Below, piece by piece: positions 24,351 to 37,255 of a DNA stretch of 40,176 bases (the first letter of the stretch is position 1; every line of letters begins with the position of its first letter). The translations under genes and the position numbers were made by a program. This DNA comes from Octopus bimaculoides (Eukaryota). The notes under the pieces were generated by a model. That model was not told where the DNA came from. It worked only from the letters and a program-made list of their open reading frames with translations, and ran no database searches. Where the stretch lies: the NCBI RefSeq assembly GCF_001194135.2, contig NC_068982.1, positions 168,021,681 to 168,061,856 on the forward strand, in the 5' to 3' direction.

Positions 24351-27300
24351 GCGTCTTTAAATAACTGTCTCAGATCAGCTGTTGAGGGACGGCTTTGATT
24401 CTCAAAAGAAACGTCTGGCAGATTGTAATGTAGTGAAGTCATTCAGTCGACTATATCGCTTCTTTGCTTAAACTAACCTTACTTTGTCCCAGGAACAAGA
24501 ATACATTTACACAGGGTATTATTGAATATGTTCACAGTGTTAAATATTTATTAATTTCTATTTCACTTACACATAAATAAATCAGGGCAGATTAAACAAG
24601 AACAGCTATCTAGATTTTTCCATTTTGCAATTGAAATCAGTACGGATAAGGTTGACATGTGGGATGAATGCAAAGTCAACCTGCAGCCAACATAGAACAT
24701 TGTAGCTACACCGTTCAGGTAATGAAGATGTTCGAACTGAAAACATCAGTTACTGCAAACGGAAGAAAAGACCAAAAGGAAGCGGAGATTGAAAGGGAAA
24801 CAGAAAGTGGCAAAGAGGATATATCTACGAAGGAATATAGAACATATTTGTGAAAATCTTAAGCATGTAGTTGATGTGGACAACAGTGATTAACTTGGGT
24901 AAAGGAACTGGAAATAAATCCATTTTATCAAAACTGTGCGATAAGACAAATAATTAACGTCTCACGATAACAAAAATGTATTCTATTATAATCAAATACG
25001 GAAATATGAATTATATTTATTTCACAAATCTTGGCAGCTGACTTATGGGCTAATTCATAGGTTCGAATCACTCCGTTTACTTATCTGTTGCATATGTTAT
25101 ATATGTTCGCAGCCACACCTAATAAAAATACATTAAACAAAATATTTGTTCATCATTTAATACATTCGAAATATAAGTCTCAGAAATCGATATATTTATT
25201 TATTTAATTACTCACAATGTAATTTGTGTTGTTTTGAGGATACTTCATTATACATAGAATTAACGCGGATACACGCATAACCGAGCGCACGCGCACACGC
25301 GCACATGAGCGCCCGCGGACACAAACACTCACACGCATGTACTTATAAGCATGCATGCGTGCGATTGTTTTGTTGTTTGTGTGTGTGTGAGAGAGAGAGA
25401 GATGCCGAATGAGAGAGGGAATATGTAAATTCATGATATAGTTACGTCGGATCAATCAATCTTAGTGGATGTGAAGCATTGATGTTCAAACATTACAATA
25501 ACAAATGATGGAAATAAAAGCGATACCTGTTCTAAACATTGCACTTATTTTAATGGGTAAAATCGAAGCAAATCTATTCGATATTTCATTCCGGATTTTT
25601 ACTTTTAGATCTCATCAAAGCTGGTTTAAACATTTATTCCTGCAGGGATCAATGAAACAACTGAGCGTGAGAAACCGATATATATATATATATGAATAAA
25701 ATCGTTTCCTAGAATTTCATATATTTTGTGAAAGAAAATCTATGTTGTAAATAAAGGAAGTATCTGAAACTGACAGATTAGATGAACTAATAAAACGACA
25801 ACATATTATCTCAAAGAGAGCCATCTTTACATAGAATCATGATATCCATTTCGCTAGGTAACATAAGTGCATTTGCAGAAGTAGAAATACCAACCACAAA
25901 ACAAGCAAATTTATGTTACTGATATCATATGAACCAGAACGTGGGAGCCAACACACACATTATTTGAACATAGAGCATTGGATACTAAAATCAAATACTC
26001 AATTGTTTCAAAAATACTGGCCAGATGATCTGTATAGAACTGAAGTTTTAAGAAACCCATTTCTAAAGGACATGCATGCATATTAACGACTGATATTAAA
26101 CTGAACAATGAACTAACCGAAAGTTCAAAGGAGCAGTATTTAGCCAGTATGTTTAAAATGCTATAAATATAATATGAATCTCATCGCAAAACGAATTTGA
26201 GGATGTTACAGTTTCAGTTTAAAACCATTCCATATTTCACTCAATTATAGTGGTAATAGTTTTCCTGTCACAGTTATCTCTCCCCTAAAAGTCACTTACA
26301 CTTAAATGGAATCCAATATATTTCACTCTGATTGCAATTCACTTCAGATCCTCTTATATCCCTTTTCTTATGACACGTGAATAGAGTCGACTTTAAAATC
26401 AAAAAGAAATATTTTTATTTTGATGTGCTTCAGACAGGAGGATATAAGTTACTAGCAGGGTAAAACATATTGTGGTCAACCACCATTTTTTAATATGCGT
26501 TCTTGAGTATGCGATAAATGCTACAATTTCACTTTCTCTCACTTATGTCCATAAGACTTTACAATATGTAGTCTTTGTAACATTTACCTCGCCAGTCTAC
26601 CGAATATTCGTGCAAGAATGTGCGGATGTGATTACATATTGTCTGCCTTCGTCAGCCTACCGAGTTTCTGTCAAACACATTAACATTGCCAGCGTTACCG
26701 ATGCATGATCTTAATGGTGAACTGTATATACCTGCAATATTTCCAAGAAGCTACGTGAACGTAATCCTTTACTGTTAAGCGTTTGAGTCACATATCGGGA
26801 ATGTTAAGCACAAATTTCGTGAGATTTTGCGTATGCTTGAGACTCAGCCACCAACAGTACAATATTGGCTTTAGTCAGTCAAAAGTAATCGAAATGGTTG
26901 TTCAGGTATGTTCGTACGGGATGTTATTAATGTTATTCTAATCGCGATCACCTCTCTTAGTCATTTTCTATCAATAAATACAGTATCAATGTGATTCTTT
27001 CGTCATTGTGTTATGTAAATTGATATAGATTTTGGCTGTATTTTTACAGAGGCAATTTGAACGACCTTGTCAAATCTTGTCAAATCGTTTCTGTTGACTG
27101 AAAATATGTTCTCAGTAAGTTTAGTTTCTGATTGTAACCATTTCATTTTCCTTTATACTACAAACGTGTTTGCTAAGGGTATGAAAATCCCTCAAGTACA
27201 GCCCTTTCTATAGACATTGTGACCATGTCAATAATCACTATATGTCAGTATTTCCTTTAAGCTTTCTGCTTCTTCGTAGTATTATAGAGTATTTAATTAA

Positions 27301-27520
27301 AATTCTTGGTTGAATTTCTCTTCAAAATGACAATTTAATCCCAGTGTTTACAACGTAATTCAAAATTCATTGAAAATTGTAATCTTTCTGTTTGAATTCA
27401 TTTCGAATGTAATCACTAATCACAGATGTTTCAACGTATTTTGAATGATCTTTTCTTTATTAGTAATTAAATGCGTAACATAAATCAAGTAAACGTATTA
27501 CCATATCATCATAAACATAA

Positions 27521-27529
27521 GGAGAGAAA

Positions 27530-27561
<32 letters not shown>

Positions 27562-27562
27562 A

Positions 27563-27608
<46 letters not shown>

Positions 27609-27680
27609 AAGAAAAAGAGTGAGTGAGTGAAGGAGAGAGTGTGAGTAAGAGAGAGAGAGATTGAGTGAGAGAAAGACTCA
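27521..27680. repeat. (GA)n and GA-rich low complexity
   Basis: Direct reading. Confidence 0.93.
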
Positions 27681-28410
27681 GACAGACAAAGGGACACTGA
27701 AGGTTAGAGTGTATATGTAATATCGATGTCTGTATGCAACTGAAATAGCAATATCTACGAGGAAAATGACATGTACTTATTCCATAGGGGATTAGTTGAA
27801 ATGTCTTAAGAAAGATCATTCCCTGATTACATAATATAGATTTCTTACAACTTATTGATTTCTTTCAAATATGCCTGCCATCATTTAAAACAGTTGCTTC
27901 TTGACAATAAATTCAAGACAATACAATTCATCCTTTGTGTCTCTTATATCGTGACAGCTTCAAAAGATTATTGCTAGTAATAATTTATTACACGTTCTAT
28001 TGTGAACTTCCTTAGTACATTCGAGTTCGGATTCATGCACCTTCAGTAAAATTTTGAATCTTCAGCAAGCAATACTTTGTACGGCTCTGCATGAATCTTC
28101 GTGCATCGAGAACCACCAGTCTTTTGGGCTTTTTATCCACTTTATACTCTATGACATATAAGGGCAAAACTTAGTGCTATTTCTGTTTGATGTTTGAGTG
28201 TTAAGCTTTTCGATTCGGATTCTCTTTATGTATTAACCTGTATCATTTCTCAGTTCCGAATGCGACTTCATATAATGGAGAGTGTTTCTATTTTTTCCAA
28301 TACTTAAACTCTGAATATTTTTTTATATGTCTGTCATCATAAAGATAAATTCTCCATTTCATTCACGGGGAATTTGTCACCTGTTGGCATTGATCTGTTA
28401 CGATGATTAA

Positions 28411-28449
<39 letters not shown>

Positions 28450-28589
28450 GGTTCAAATTTCGCCGAGGTCGACTTTGCCATTCTTCTTTTCGGGGTCGAT
28501 AAATTAAGTACCAGTTACGTACTGGAGTCGATGTAATCGACTTAATCCCTTCCCCCAAAATTTGAGGCCTTTTGCTTCCAGTAGAAAGG

Positions 28590-28590
<1 letters not shown>
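28450..28590 (+). mobile_element. 5'-truncated SINE between two (ATT)n tracts
   Basis: Starts ggttcaaatttcgccgaggtcgac, ends ccagtagaaagg; (ATT)n at 28412-28448 and 28589-28656. Confidence 0.88.
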
Positions 28591-28657
<67 letters not shown>

Positions 28658-28875
28658 TAAGGCAGCCAGCTGGCAAAATCGTTAGCACACCAGGCGAAAT
28701 GTTTTGTGGTGCTTCGTTTCTCTTCACGTTCTGAGTTCAAGCTCTACCGAGGTCGGCTTTGCCTTTGACCTTTTCGGAGTCGATAAATCAAGTATCAGTT
28801 GAGTACTGAGGTCGATGTAATCGACTATTTCTCTCCCTCAAAATTTCAGGCTTCGTGCCTTTAGCAGAAAGTATT
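28658..28875 (+). mobile_element. Full-length SINE
   Basis: aaggcagccagctggcaaaatcgttagcacaccaggcg...gtgcctttagcagaaag. Confidence 0.88.
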
Positions 28876-28911
28876 AATATCATAATTGCTACTACATAAT
28901 TATATAATTAT

Positions 28912-28972
28912 TTAAGTCGGTGAGTTGGCAGAATCGTTAGCATGCTGGGCAAAATGCTTGGCAGTATTTCTT
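28912..28972 (+). mobile_element. SINE head fragment
   Basis: aagtcggtgagttggcagaatcgttagcatgctgggcaaaatgcttggcagtatttc. Confidence 0.8.
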
Positions 28973-29039
28973 CAAATATTTAGCGCATATCATAATACTC
29001 GAGATTCTTTAAGATATATAATAAAACTGAAGTTTTCTG

Positions 29040-29650
29040 TGTGTGTGTATGTGTGTTTGTGTGTGTGTGTACAAAACTCTAATGTACCTCAGTAACATCT
29101 ACATCTTTGATCCAATTTCTTTAAAATTTTATACACAACTGCCCAGATCCGAACATAGGCTACTTAATTTTTTTTTAATCGATATTGGGACCTCCAGAGT
29201 GATAGGAAACCCACAATAGATGATTCCTATTCATTTGCATTAATCACCTATTTTATAATCCGTAGGGTCTTCCATACATTTTATTCTTTTTATAAAAGTG
29301 AAAGGATTTTGTCTATTTATTTCCACTCTCCACCAACGACGGTGATTGAATTGACAAGGAACACTAAACGCATACATTTCCACAATTCTCAACAGATTTT
29401 CACCAAACTTTACACACACATTACTTATGTCCCACGGATGGTTATGCACTAAACATTTTGCCCAGAGCGTCAGCCTAAAAGTCCCTAAATGGACATAGTT
29501 TTTTGTATGTAGGGTCTTCCGTACATTTTAAATCTTTTTATAAAGTAAAGGGATTTTATCTATTTATTTATTTCGACTGTCCAACTGCCACGGTGATTAA
29601 ATTGACTAGGAACACTGTACGCGATGAATATCCAATATCAAAAATCTTAA
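29040..29650. mobile_element. Putative non-autonomous Helitron/Helentron (DINE-1/Lep1-like) element with internal duplication
   Basis: Microsatellite followed by gatccaatttctttaaaattttatacac..acataggctactt and gattttcaccaaactttacac, motifs typical of DINE-1/Lep1-like cores; 29262-29371 is repeated at 29509-29622. Termini not identified. Confidence 0.5.
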
Positions 29651-31149
29651 TCTCCATATTTAAATTGCATTAAACTTTGCGAAGCTTACCTTTACCTATC
29701 CTGAGTTACTTGAAAGGTGATGTTCCCTTCCCTCTCTTCTCTTTGTTGATACCTTTGTTTACCTACCAATGCGTTGTTTCACTTTAAGGATGCTTATTTA
29801 TCCATCCATTACGATATTTCGACTGTACGCCATTGTTTCAAATACATTTTACAATTGTCGTTCTAGCCTTTTTTAAGCAATCACATATGATTCGTCCGAA
29901 AGAATCAACCTTTAAGTAAGAGTTTTGCTTCCTCTAGCGAAAGCTATACGTATCTTTCAGAAAGGTCCATACCAATTTAACTTTATGCAGCATTCGCTGT
30001 TAGTTTATGCGCAGGTTATGTGGGAAGACAGAATAATGGGTCTTTTGTTAGCTTATCTCTCCGAAAAAATAGCTCCCTTCGCTGTTGAAAAAAATAAACT
30101 CGCAGAGGGGAAGTTTCAACGTCTTCATTCAATTTCATTACACCTTTTATGTGGCTGTTTCTGACAAGAAATTTTGCTTTCATATAAAACAACTATATTT
30201 TGTAGTCATTATCCGTAGTCTACTCTCAAAACACTTCAGTAACTCTACTTTGCATGGCTTGTAAATTTATATATTCTATGATCATTAAAGTCCAACGACC
30301 TCCACAATAACCAGCCTTCAATATGATTTTTCGTCCTAGGTTAATCGGAAACATAGATTGCCGTGCTACTCATAAACCTTCTCGGTAATTCAATTATTTG
30401 ACGAAAACAAAATACCGCCAAAGCAACTTAAACCGTCCAAAGGACGGGTGTGTTTGCTAGTTTAATGATATATTCCTGTCATATGCCTGTCATAAGATCA
30501 GTGCTATATCAGAAATTGCCATTTTACTCCTGCTGATCGAAACATTTTTAATTCTCACTTTTCTCCGACCTCCCTGTGTAAATTGGACATATACACCAAT
30601 TACTGTATCATTCTTGTATCACTAATTACTTGTATCATTCTGAGGCATAAAACTATCCGCTTGTGATGGCTTCAGTTCTGTGTCTGTCTGGATTTTCAAG
30701 AAGTGCATAAATTTTACCATGTCATTTTCGAGAGCTTCTGTTGGTCTATGATCTTACCACATTTCTAGGTACTTACGCAATGTTCACTGTATAAGTGATG
30801 CAATTATGTTATGTCTCAGTTATTTGTATCGTTCTTGAGCCACGTTCTTACACTTTATACATAGTAGTGATACGTCTTCAATATCTATATATTTTCTTAC
30901 TACTTTTGACATCCTTTTTTCATTAAGCAGCCCAGACACCGACTGTTTCTTGATGAAAGTTTCGTGCATTTGATCATCATGATCATCATAATCATCATCA
31001 CCATAACTACTACCATCACCACTATCCTTATACTTCTGCTCCACTTCCTGAGCCTACATCTCCTCTTGATTCTCATTATTTATCTGTTATCATTGTTGTT
31101 GTTATTGTTGTTGTTGATAATATTATAATCGTATCAATATTAGTAAGAT

Positions 31150-31320
31150 TAGGAAAATCGTTAAACCGTTGGACATAATGCTTTGTGGATTTTCTTCCGG
31201 CTATTTACGATCTGAATTGAAATGCCGCAGAAGTCACATGGATTTTCGTCCCTCTAGGATCCATAAGATAATGTACTAGTCAAGAACTATGGACGATGAC
31301 ATCGACTAATTCCATAATTA
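31150..31320 (+). mobile_element. Highly decayed SINE
   Basis: aaaatcgttaaaccgttggacataatgctttgtggattttc...tgaaatgccgcagaagtcac aligns loosely to the SINE consensus. Confidence 0.6.
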
Positions 31321-31409
31321 CTGGCTTTATGTCTAAATTAGAATAAATTAAAAGAAATCATTATTGTTGTTTTGCTAGCGTTCTGCTAAATTAAAAACAA
31401 TTGTTGTTT

Positions 31410-31606
31410 AAAGCCGTGAGCCGACAGAATAGAATATTGGAGAGAATGTGCTATTGAATTCGTTCTTGGTCTTCACGTTCTGATTTCAAATTACCCCCAG
31501 CGATTAAAGGCAAAGTTGACCACGGCCGGATAAAGTGCCAGTCAAGTACTAATGTGGATGGTATATACAAATCGCATTTTGCTGCACTTGTACCTAAATC
31601 AGAGAA

Positions 31607-31607
<1 letters not shown>
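31410..31607 (+). mobile_element. Decayed SINE with internal micro-inversion and (ATT)n tail
   Basis: Head aagccgtgagccgacagaat, cacgttctgatttcaaatt, tail cttgtacctaaatcagagaac(att)n. Confidence 0.75.
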
Positions 31608-31644
<37 letters not shown>

Positions 31645-32200
31645 GATTGTCGAAAATATGTTCTACAGTATTTGTCTCCTTTTGTAAACCTCTTTATTTT
31701 TTTGTGCTTAGACTCTGCTGAAAACAAATCTACCGCCCATCTTCCTGGATTTGAGAAAATAATGTACCTGTCACAATACTTCCATGGATTTCTTTTCTCT
31801 TTTCTTTACTTCTTTAGTTGCAGGAAATTTAATCACAATTACTGTGTTTTCTGCCTTTGTTGCAATCATGACTTCGTGGCAAATAGTGATCGTTTAAGTA
31901 GGCAGAAATTATGCGAGGTTGAGAGAAGTCTGTATGAAGATATATATTCTAATGACGTCACTAAAACCAGGGTGCGAATCTAGAACTATGCCTCGTCGTA
32001 GGAAGGACGGAAAAAATACGAGACTGTTGACGTAGGCAGAAAGCGTAGTTGTTTTCTGTTTGGATTTTGAGAGCTTTTTTTCCTGAAGGAGGTTGAAAGG
32101 TAAAGGAAGAGAAATTGTGGTTGGCAGTAACATAGTAAACAACGCTATGAATATATTTAAAGCACATCTCGTTACATGATTTGCTGCAGTTATGAATAAT

Positions 32201-32413
32201 CCTTTCTACCATAGGCACAAGGCCTGAAATCTGGGGCATGGTACTAATTAATTACATTGAACCCAGTGTTTCAGTGGTAATTAATTTATCGATCCTGAAA
32301 GGATGAAAGGCAAAGTCGACCTCGGCGGAATTTGAAGTTAGAGCGTAGCGACAGGCGAAATGCCTCTAAGTGTTTCGTCCATCGCGCTAACGGTTCTGCC
32401 AGCTCACAGTCTC
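32201..32413 (-). mobile_element. Full-length SINE with perfect 15-bp TSD gcagttatgaataat
   Basis: TSD at 32186-32200 and 32414-32428; core atgaaaggcaaagtcgacctcggcggaatttgaa. Confidence 0.93.
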
Positions 32414-33204
32414 GCAGTTATGAATAATGAAGAACCGAAAGAAATCCCCTCGTTGTGAGTTCCAAATGGCGACCAACAGGAACCCAGCCCTCCAGCAACG
32501 AAGAGGAAATAGATACCGAACAGGGCTGGAATATTGTAAAAAAAGTGCAAAAGTAAATTAAAGGAAAAAAGGACACGGTTAAGTCAGTCGTACTCTAAGA
32601 AATATTGAATAAAATGTTGACAGAGAAGGTCAACTTTTCAGGAAAAAGCGTATTGTTCTTTGCATAGTCAATAGCCGACTGAGGGACTTATATAAGAAAG
32701 CATGAAAGCAAATATTAGAAAGCCTAAAGAAAAATTTGCGGGGATATAAATGTAGAAGACAAAATAAAAACACTTTGAATGCTATGAACGCTAATCACAA
32801 GGACATGCACTGGCAACTCAGAGACTCACAAGGTCTTTCGCATCCGACAGTTTGAAGTATTTGGATGTAGAGTACATGGAAATGGAACGTGAACAGATTT
32901 GTAGGGTGTTCTGATAAAATCCAGATGCTGGCTTTCACCAGTTTGTGGTGGAATTACATTTGATAATACTTCCATTTATTTATTTTCATTTATATATAGA
33001 CAGATTTGTTTTATTTACTGTAATTAATTTATTTCTGTTTATTATCAAGATTTAAAGTATTGATATTTTGTGTAACGGTTTTACTTCCTGCTTCTTTCTG
33101 ATATAAACGTTGTTTTAGAATTCCACATTTCTGGCAGGCCTGTTTCTGTAAAATATTTTTGATTAAAAGAATTGTTCCTTGAGGCAAATAAAGTTCATGA
33201 TATA

Positions 33205-33365
33205 GTGAGCTGCCAGAATCTGTAGCACGCCGGAAAAAATGCTTAGCGGCATTTCTTCTTGCTTTACTCTCTGAGTTCGAATGCTACCGAGATCGACTTT
33301 GCCTTTCCGCCTTTAGATCTCGATATAGCAAAGTGCCAGTTAAGAACTATAATCGATGGAAAATT
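33205..33365 (+). mobile_element. Decayed SINE
   Basis: gtgagctgccagaatctgtagcacgccggaaaaaatgcttagcggcatttc...gagttcgaatgctaccgagatcgactttgcc. Confidence 0.82.
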
Positions 33366-33938
33366 GCAGGTATTGAATCAAGATAGAAAGAGTTATTATT
33401 ATTGGTTGCCAGCTTCAACAGATGTTCTTCTCCCTCCTTTCGATGCCTTTTAGATTACTATGTTTTTCGAAGATTTTCACTTGTTTATGTCGTCAAAGCT
33501 ATTTTACAAGGCAAGCAATTTAATTAATTTTCACAAAAATATTATTTTACCGAAAATTTTCCCGTCCGTTGTTGTTTGAGGTCTTTCGTAATGACTCAAG
33601 TGAACGAAAGAACGCCTACGAAAATAAAATAGAAATCATCTCCATGAACACGAAGCAGAAAACCCCAAACGAGCCTGCTTTGCAATGAAAGACATATGCT
33701 TTGGAAAAAGAAACTGTGTTTTCCGAAAACAATCATTTATTGATTTGTTGAGGAAGCACGCAGCAGATTAATAAGCGACGTTGACTCTCACATGCAGACT
33801 CCAACGTCAACGCGTGTGCAAAAGATATATCAGAGTTGTTTTATGAAAATTGATTCTAACGTGGAATTTTATTATATGGACCGAGTTCAGTTCCACATAG
33901 AGATGTGGAAAAAACAAGGAAAACGTATACACACATAC

Positions 33939-33940
<2 letters not shown>

Positions 33941-33990
<50 letters not shown>
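33941..33990. repeat. (TG)n microsatellite
   Basis: Direct reading. Confidence 0.96.
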
Positions 33991-33993
<3 letters not shown>

Positions 33994-35079
33994 TGTACGT
34001 GAGAGGGAGAGAATAGAGAGAAAACTGTATCCTCTTGTCCAAACAACTGATACAAGAGCGGGTAAATAGGTCGATGTTTTCTCAATCGTTGAAAACTCTA
34101 GTGGACATTTGGGATATCACCTTTTTCATAGCGTCTGTCTGACATTCGTGAGTGAATGTGGAGCCTGTAGGCTGGAATTCTGCTTAAAACGCCCGTTCAT
34201 GCACTTGCATCTCAATATGTGGAACGGTGTTATACAATGTTAGGAATGAGGGGCATAGGGAATGGCTTCTCATTTGTAGTCACCTTTGTAGCATAAATTA
34301 GGCAGGTTATGAATGAACATTTATTGAAAAATAAACCGTTTTTGGTAACATTTAGCATGGTTGTGCAATTCCTTTTGAATTATATCTCTGGAAAACAAGG
34401 CCCTTCCAGAGCTGTACTTTGTTATGTTTGCTGAGTCTTAAGTTATTGTGATTGGCGATGTGGGGAAGAATGTTCAATTGTGTCAATAGCAGAACCAGGA
34501 GACGACGATTATAAACTATTCTCTCTCTCACAGTAACCTGCAACTGACTATTCCATTTTCTTGTGATAGTGTGGAGGAGATGGCGAACGAATAAGACGGG
34601 TAAAACTGTCGATGAAGTATCAGATGTCACAAAATAAAGAACAAACTAAAAACGACAAGTGAATCACAATTGAGGGCGATTAAATAACTGTAGGTCTCTT
34701 TGACTCTCAGAGCAGAATCATAGAGTTCACAGGTGTGCTGTTGAGATGCAAAGTTGGAAAGACCGCGTAAGAGCAAGTTGTTGTTTCGACGGAAAGAGGT
34801 TCTTACAAGACAAGTAACCAGCAGGAGATGACTATAAATATGAAGACGATTAACTATTCGTAAAATGCTCACTACATGAAAAACGTTTGACTGCAGCTCA
34901 AATGAGTTATCATATCTGATACAATTCTAAAGACATCAACAGTTACTATTAGATGCAACAGAGCTCAGTAAACGGAGCTACGGAAGGGCAGAATGGTTTG
35001 ATTCTCTAACGCAATCTAGGTGGTATGAAACAATCTTTTAATTGTATTTTTCTAAATCTTGTATTTGTTACCATGTAAT

Positions 35080-36214
35080 TCTGCATAGCTTTCAAATATT
35101 TAGCTTTTCCAAACATCGATACTGTATAATATCTTTGGAGCTCTTCGTTTTTACATAATTTGTTTCTCCACTCCACATGTTTTTGTAACTCATATGTCTG
35201 TATGTCTTTTAACCATACCTAATTCACCTATCATTAAAAGAATTACTTCTGTCTTCAGAAGTAATCTGAAGATATTCGGAATATCTCTATTTCCAGGTCA
35301 GTGAATTTCAAGAGTTTCTCCGTTTCTTTTGGAGGTACATTGTCATCTGTTGAGACTGATATGTCGATTAGAAGGTATTTCCAATTTTGATGGATCCTAC
35401 AATAATGTCTGGTCTGTTAGCTTTGATCCCTCAGTCAGTTTGTATTGGCATATCTCAGACTAGACTATGCTTGCTTTGTAATTTTCAGACACAATTTCTA
35501 GGGTATGCTTCTACCATCTTTTTCCAGTCGTCATTCCGAAGTGCTGATACAGATTCCAGAGTATTTAAGTCCCAATGTTTGTGGATGTATTCCTTCTTGG
35601 CCAGGACTGGGCAACCAGAGATAACATGATATATTCTGTCTTCCCGCTCACCACATATTCTGTAGTTACTTCATTATGTGTTTTAAGTGGTTTTTGGTGG
35701 GATAGCTTTGATCTTCTGCTGCGATTAAAAGCCCTTCTGTCTCTGCTTTGAGACGTGAACTTCTCAACCAGCATTAGGATTTTATTTTGCGTATTTCTTT
35801 TTTGTTTAGCCTGTCTCGGTATTTGCCGTGTAAGGCCATTTTTGGCATCATTTTATTATGGCATTTTGATAGTTTCGTTTTAATTTAGACCTTAATTGCT
35901 TTACAACTTTTGATGTTTCTTCTTTTTCTTTATGGTTGTAAAATATTGTGAACACTAACGTATGTCTTTCGGTTTCCCTAAAAAGAGAAATCAATTTAGT
36001 TGCTCATGCTTTGTGGTTGTTTCTATCAGTTTTCCTTAGTTCCGAATTAGATGTTTCTGTAGCCATATTGTGGATATTTTATAGCAGTTTTCTAGTTGTA
36101 TAAGGCCTCTACTACCATCTGTTAGTTGTATTTATAAACTGTCTGTATTAGATTTTTGGTAGTGCATTCTGCATTCCGTCATAATTCTTCTTGCTTTGTT
36201 TTGTTTAGGTTGTA
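35080..36214 (-). mobile_element. R4/Dong-clade non-LTR retrotransposon, 5'-truncated decayed copy B (post-RT, zinc knuckle, RLE)
   Basis: Peptides KARRIMTECRMHYQKSNTDSL..GSRGLIQLENCYK, ALHGKY, WLRSSRLKAETEGLLIAAEDQ, HVISGCPVLAKKEY, DMPIQTD*GIKANRPDII, LLIDISVSTDDN..KETEKLLKFTDLEIEI, IGELGMVK; many stops. Confidence 0.88.
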
Positions 36215-36767
36215 TTATTGAATTGATAGTGTATTGCGTAGGATGTGGGTTGTTCCTATCAGGGCTATGTTGTGGATAGTGTGTTGTGTTCTGAATCCAG
36301 GTATGGCGTATACGTTTTTGTTTATATGTTTGTTACCATGCTCAATGTTCCAGTTATTTCTGGTATTGTTTTCCCCTTCATACTCCACATCTTCAATACT
36401 TCAATTTCGAGGTCTTTGTAATTTGACAATATCTCCACTTCTTTTTGGAAAATATTTTGGTCAGAAGCGGCTGCAATTTCTATCAGTAAGCAGGAGTTTT
36501 TTTTCCAATCCTTGATTATTATGTCTGGGAGATTAGCTTTGATTTCTTTGTCATTTTGAACAGGCATATCCCAGATGATTGTGGCCTGGTTGTTGTCTTG
36601 TACTTTGTTTTGAACATGTTTATACCATTTATTGTCAGCTTTTATATTGTAGCTTTGGCATATTGTCCTAGTGGATACAACTACTTACTCGGTCGTGTCT
36701 GTATATATANNNNNNNNNNNNNNNNNNNNNNNNNNNNNNNNNNNNNNNNNNNNNNNNNNNNNNNNNN

Positions 36768-36801
<34 letters not shown>

Positions 36802-37255
36802 CAAATTTGGTTAGAACTGGACAGTCATAGATAATGGGGTCAACTGTCTCATTGTACTGGTTGCACATTCTGCATTTGGTGTTGGGACCTGTTTTCATTA
36901 TTTTGCTTTTATCCGTAATCAGACATTGGTCTTGTGCAGTGAGAATTAGTTGTTCCGTTTCAGCTTTTAGTCCAGAGTTTCGAGTCATTTTTGCTTTTAC
37001 TTAGGCTCACGTTTTCTCATTGGCCAGGGAGTGATTTTTGTCTCCATTTCTTCTTTACTATGTTTTGTAATTGTTTTCATGTTATTTTTTGTCTCTTTGA
37101 CTATTTCTTCTATTTTGTCATCTGAGGTCAGTGTATCAGTGTCGTTTGTTTCTGTCGTCTCTTCGTGTATAGTGAGACGTGTTTTCTTTTTCTCGTGTTG
37201 CTTAATTACATGTAGTAGTCTTCCATTTTTGTTTCTAAGTACTTTTCTAGCCAAA
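36215..37255 (-). mobile_element. R4/Dong-clade non-LTR retrotransposon, 5'-truncated decayed copy A
   Basis: LEKYL..LLHVIKQHE, GLKAETEQLILTAQDQ, CRMCNQYNETVDPIIYDCPVL, RHDRV, MPVQNDKEIKANLPDIIIKD..CLLIEIA, KEVE..YKDLEIEV, ends IALIGTTHILRNTLSIQ* (TAA at 36215-36217). Confidence 0.9.

Noticed and set aside
26765-26912. Possible exon ending at a strong donor (cag|gtatgt)
   Set aside because: Only ~47 open codons, weak acceptor, unrecognisable peptide and no partner exons identified.
32430-32980. Possible LINE ORF1-like relic (EEIDTEQGWNIVKK)
   Set aside because: Too short and degenerate to support without a search.
34080-34950. Higher-complexity region with two ~80-90-aa minus-strand ORFs beside the R4 cluster
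   Set aside because: Manual translation of the frames gave many stops and no identifiable RT, viral or host motif.
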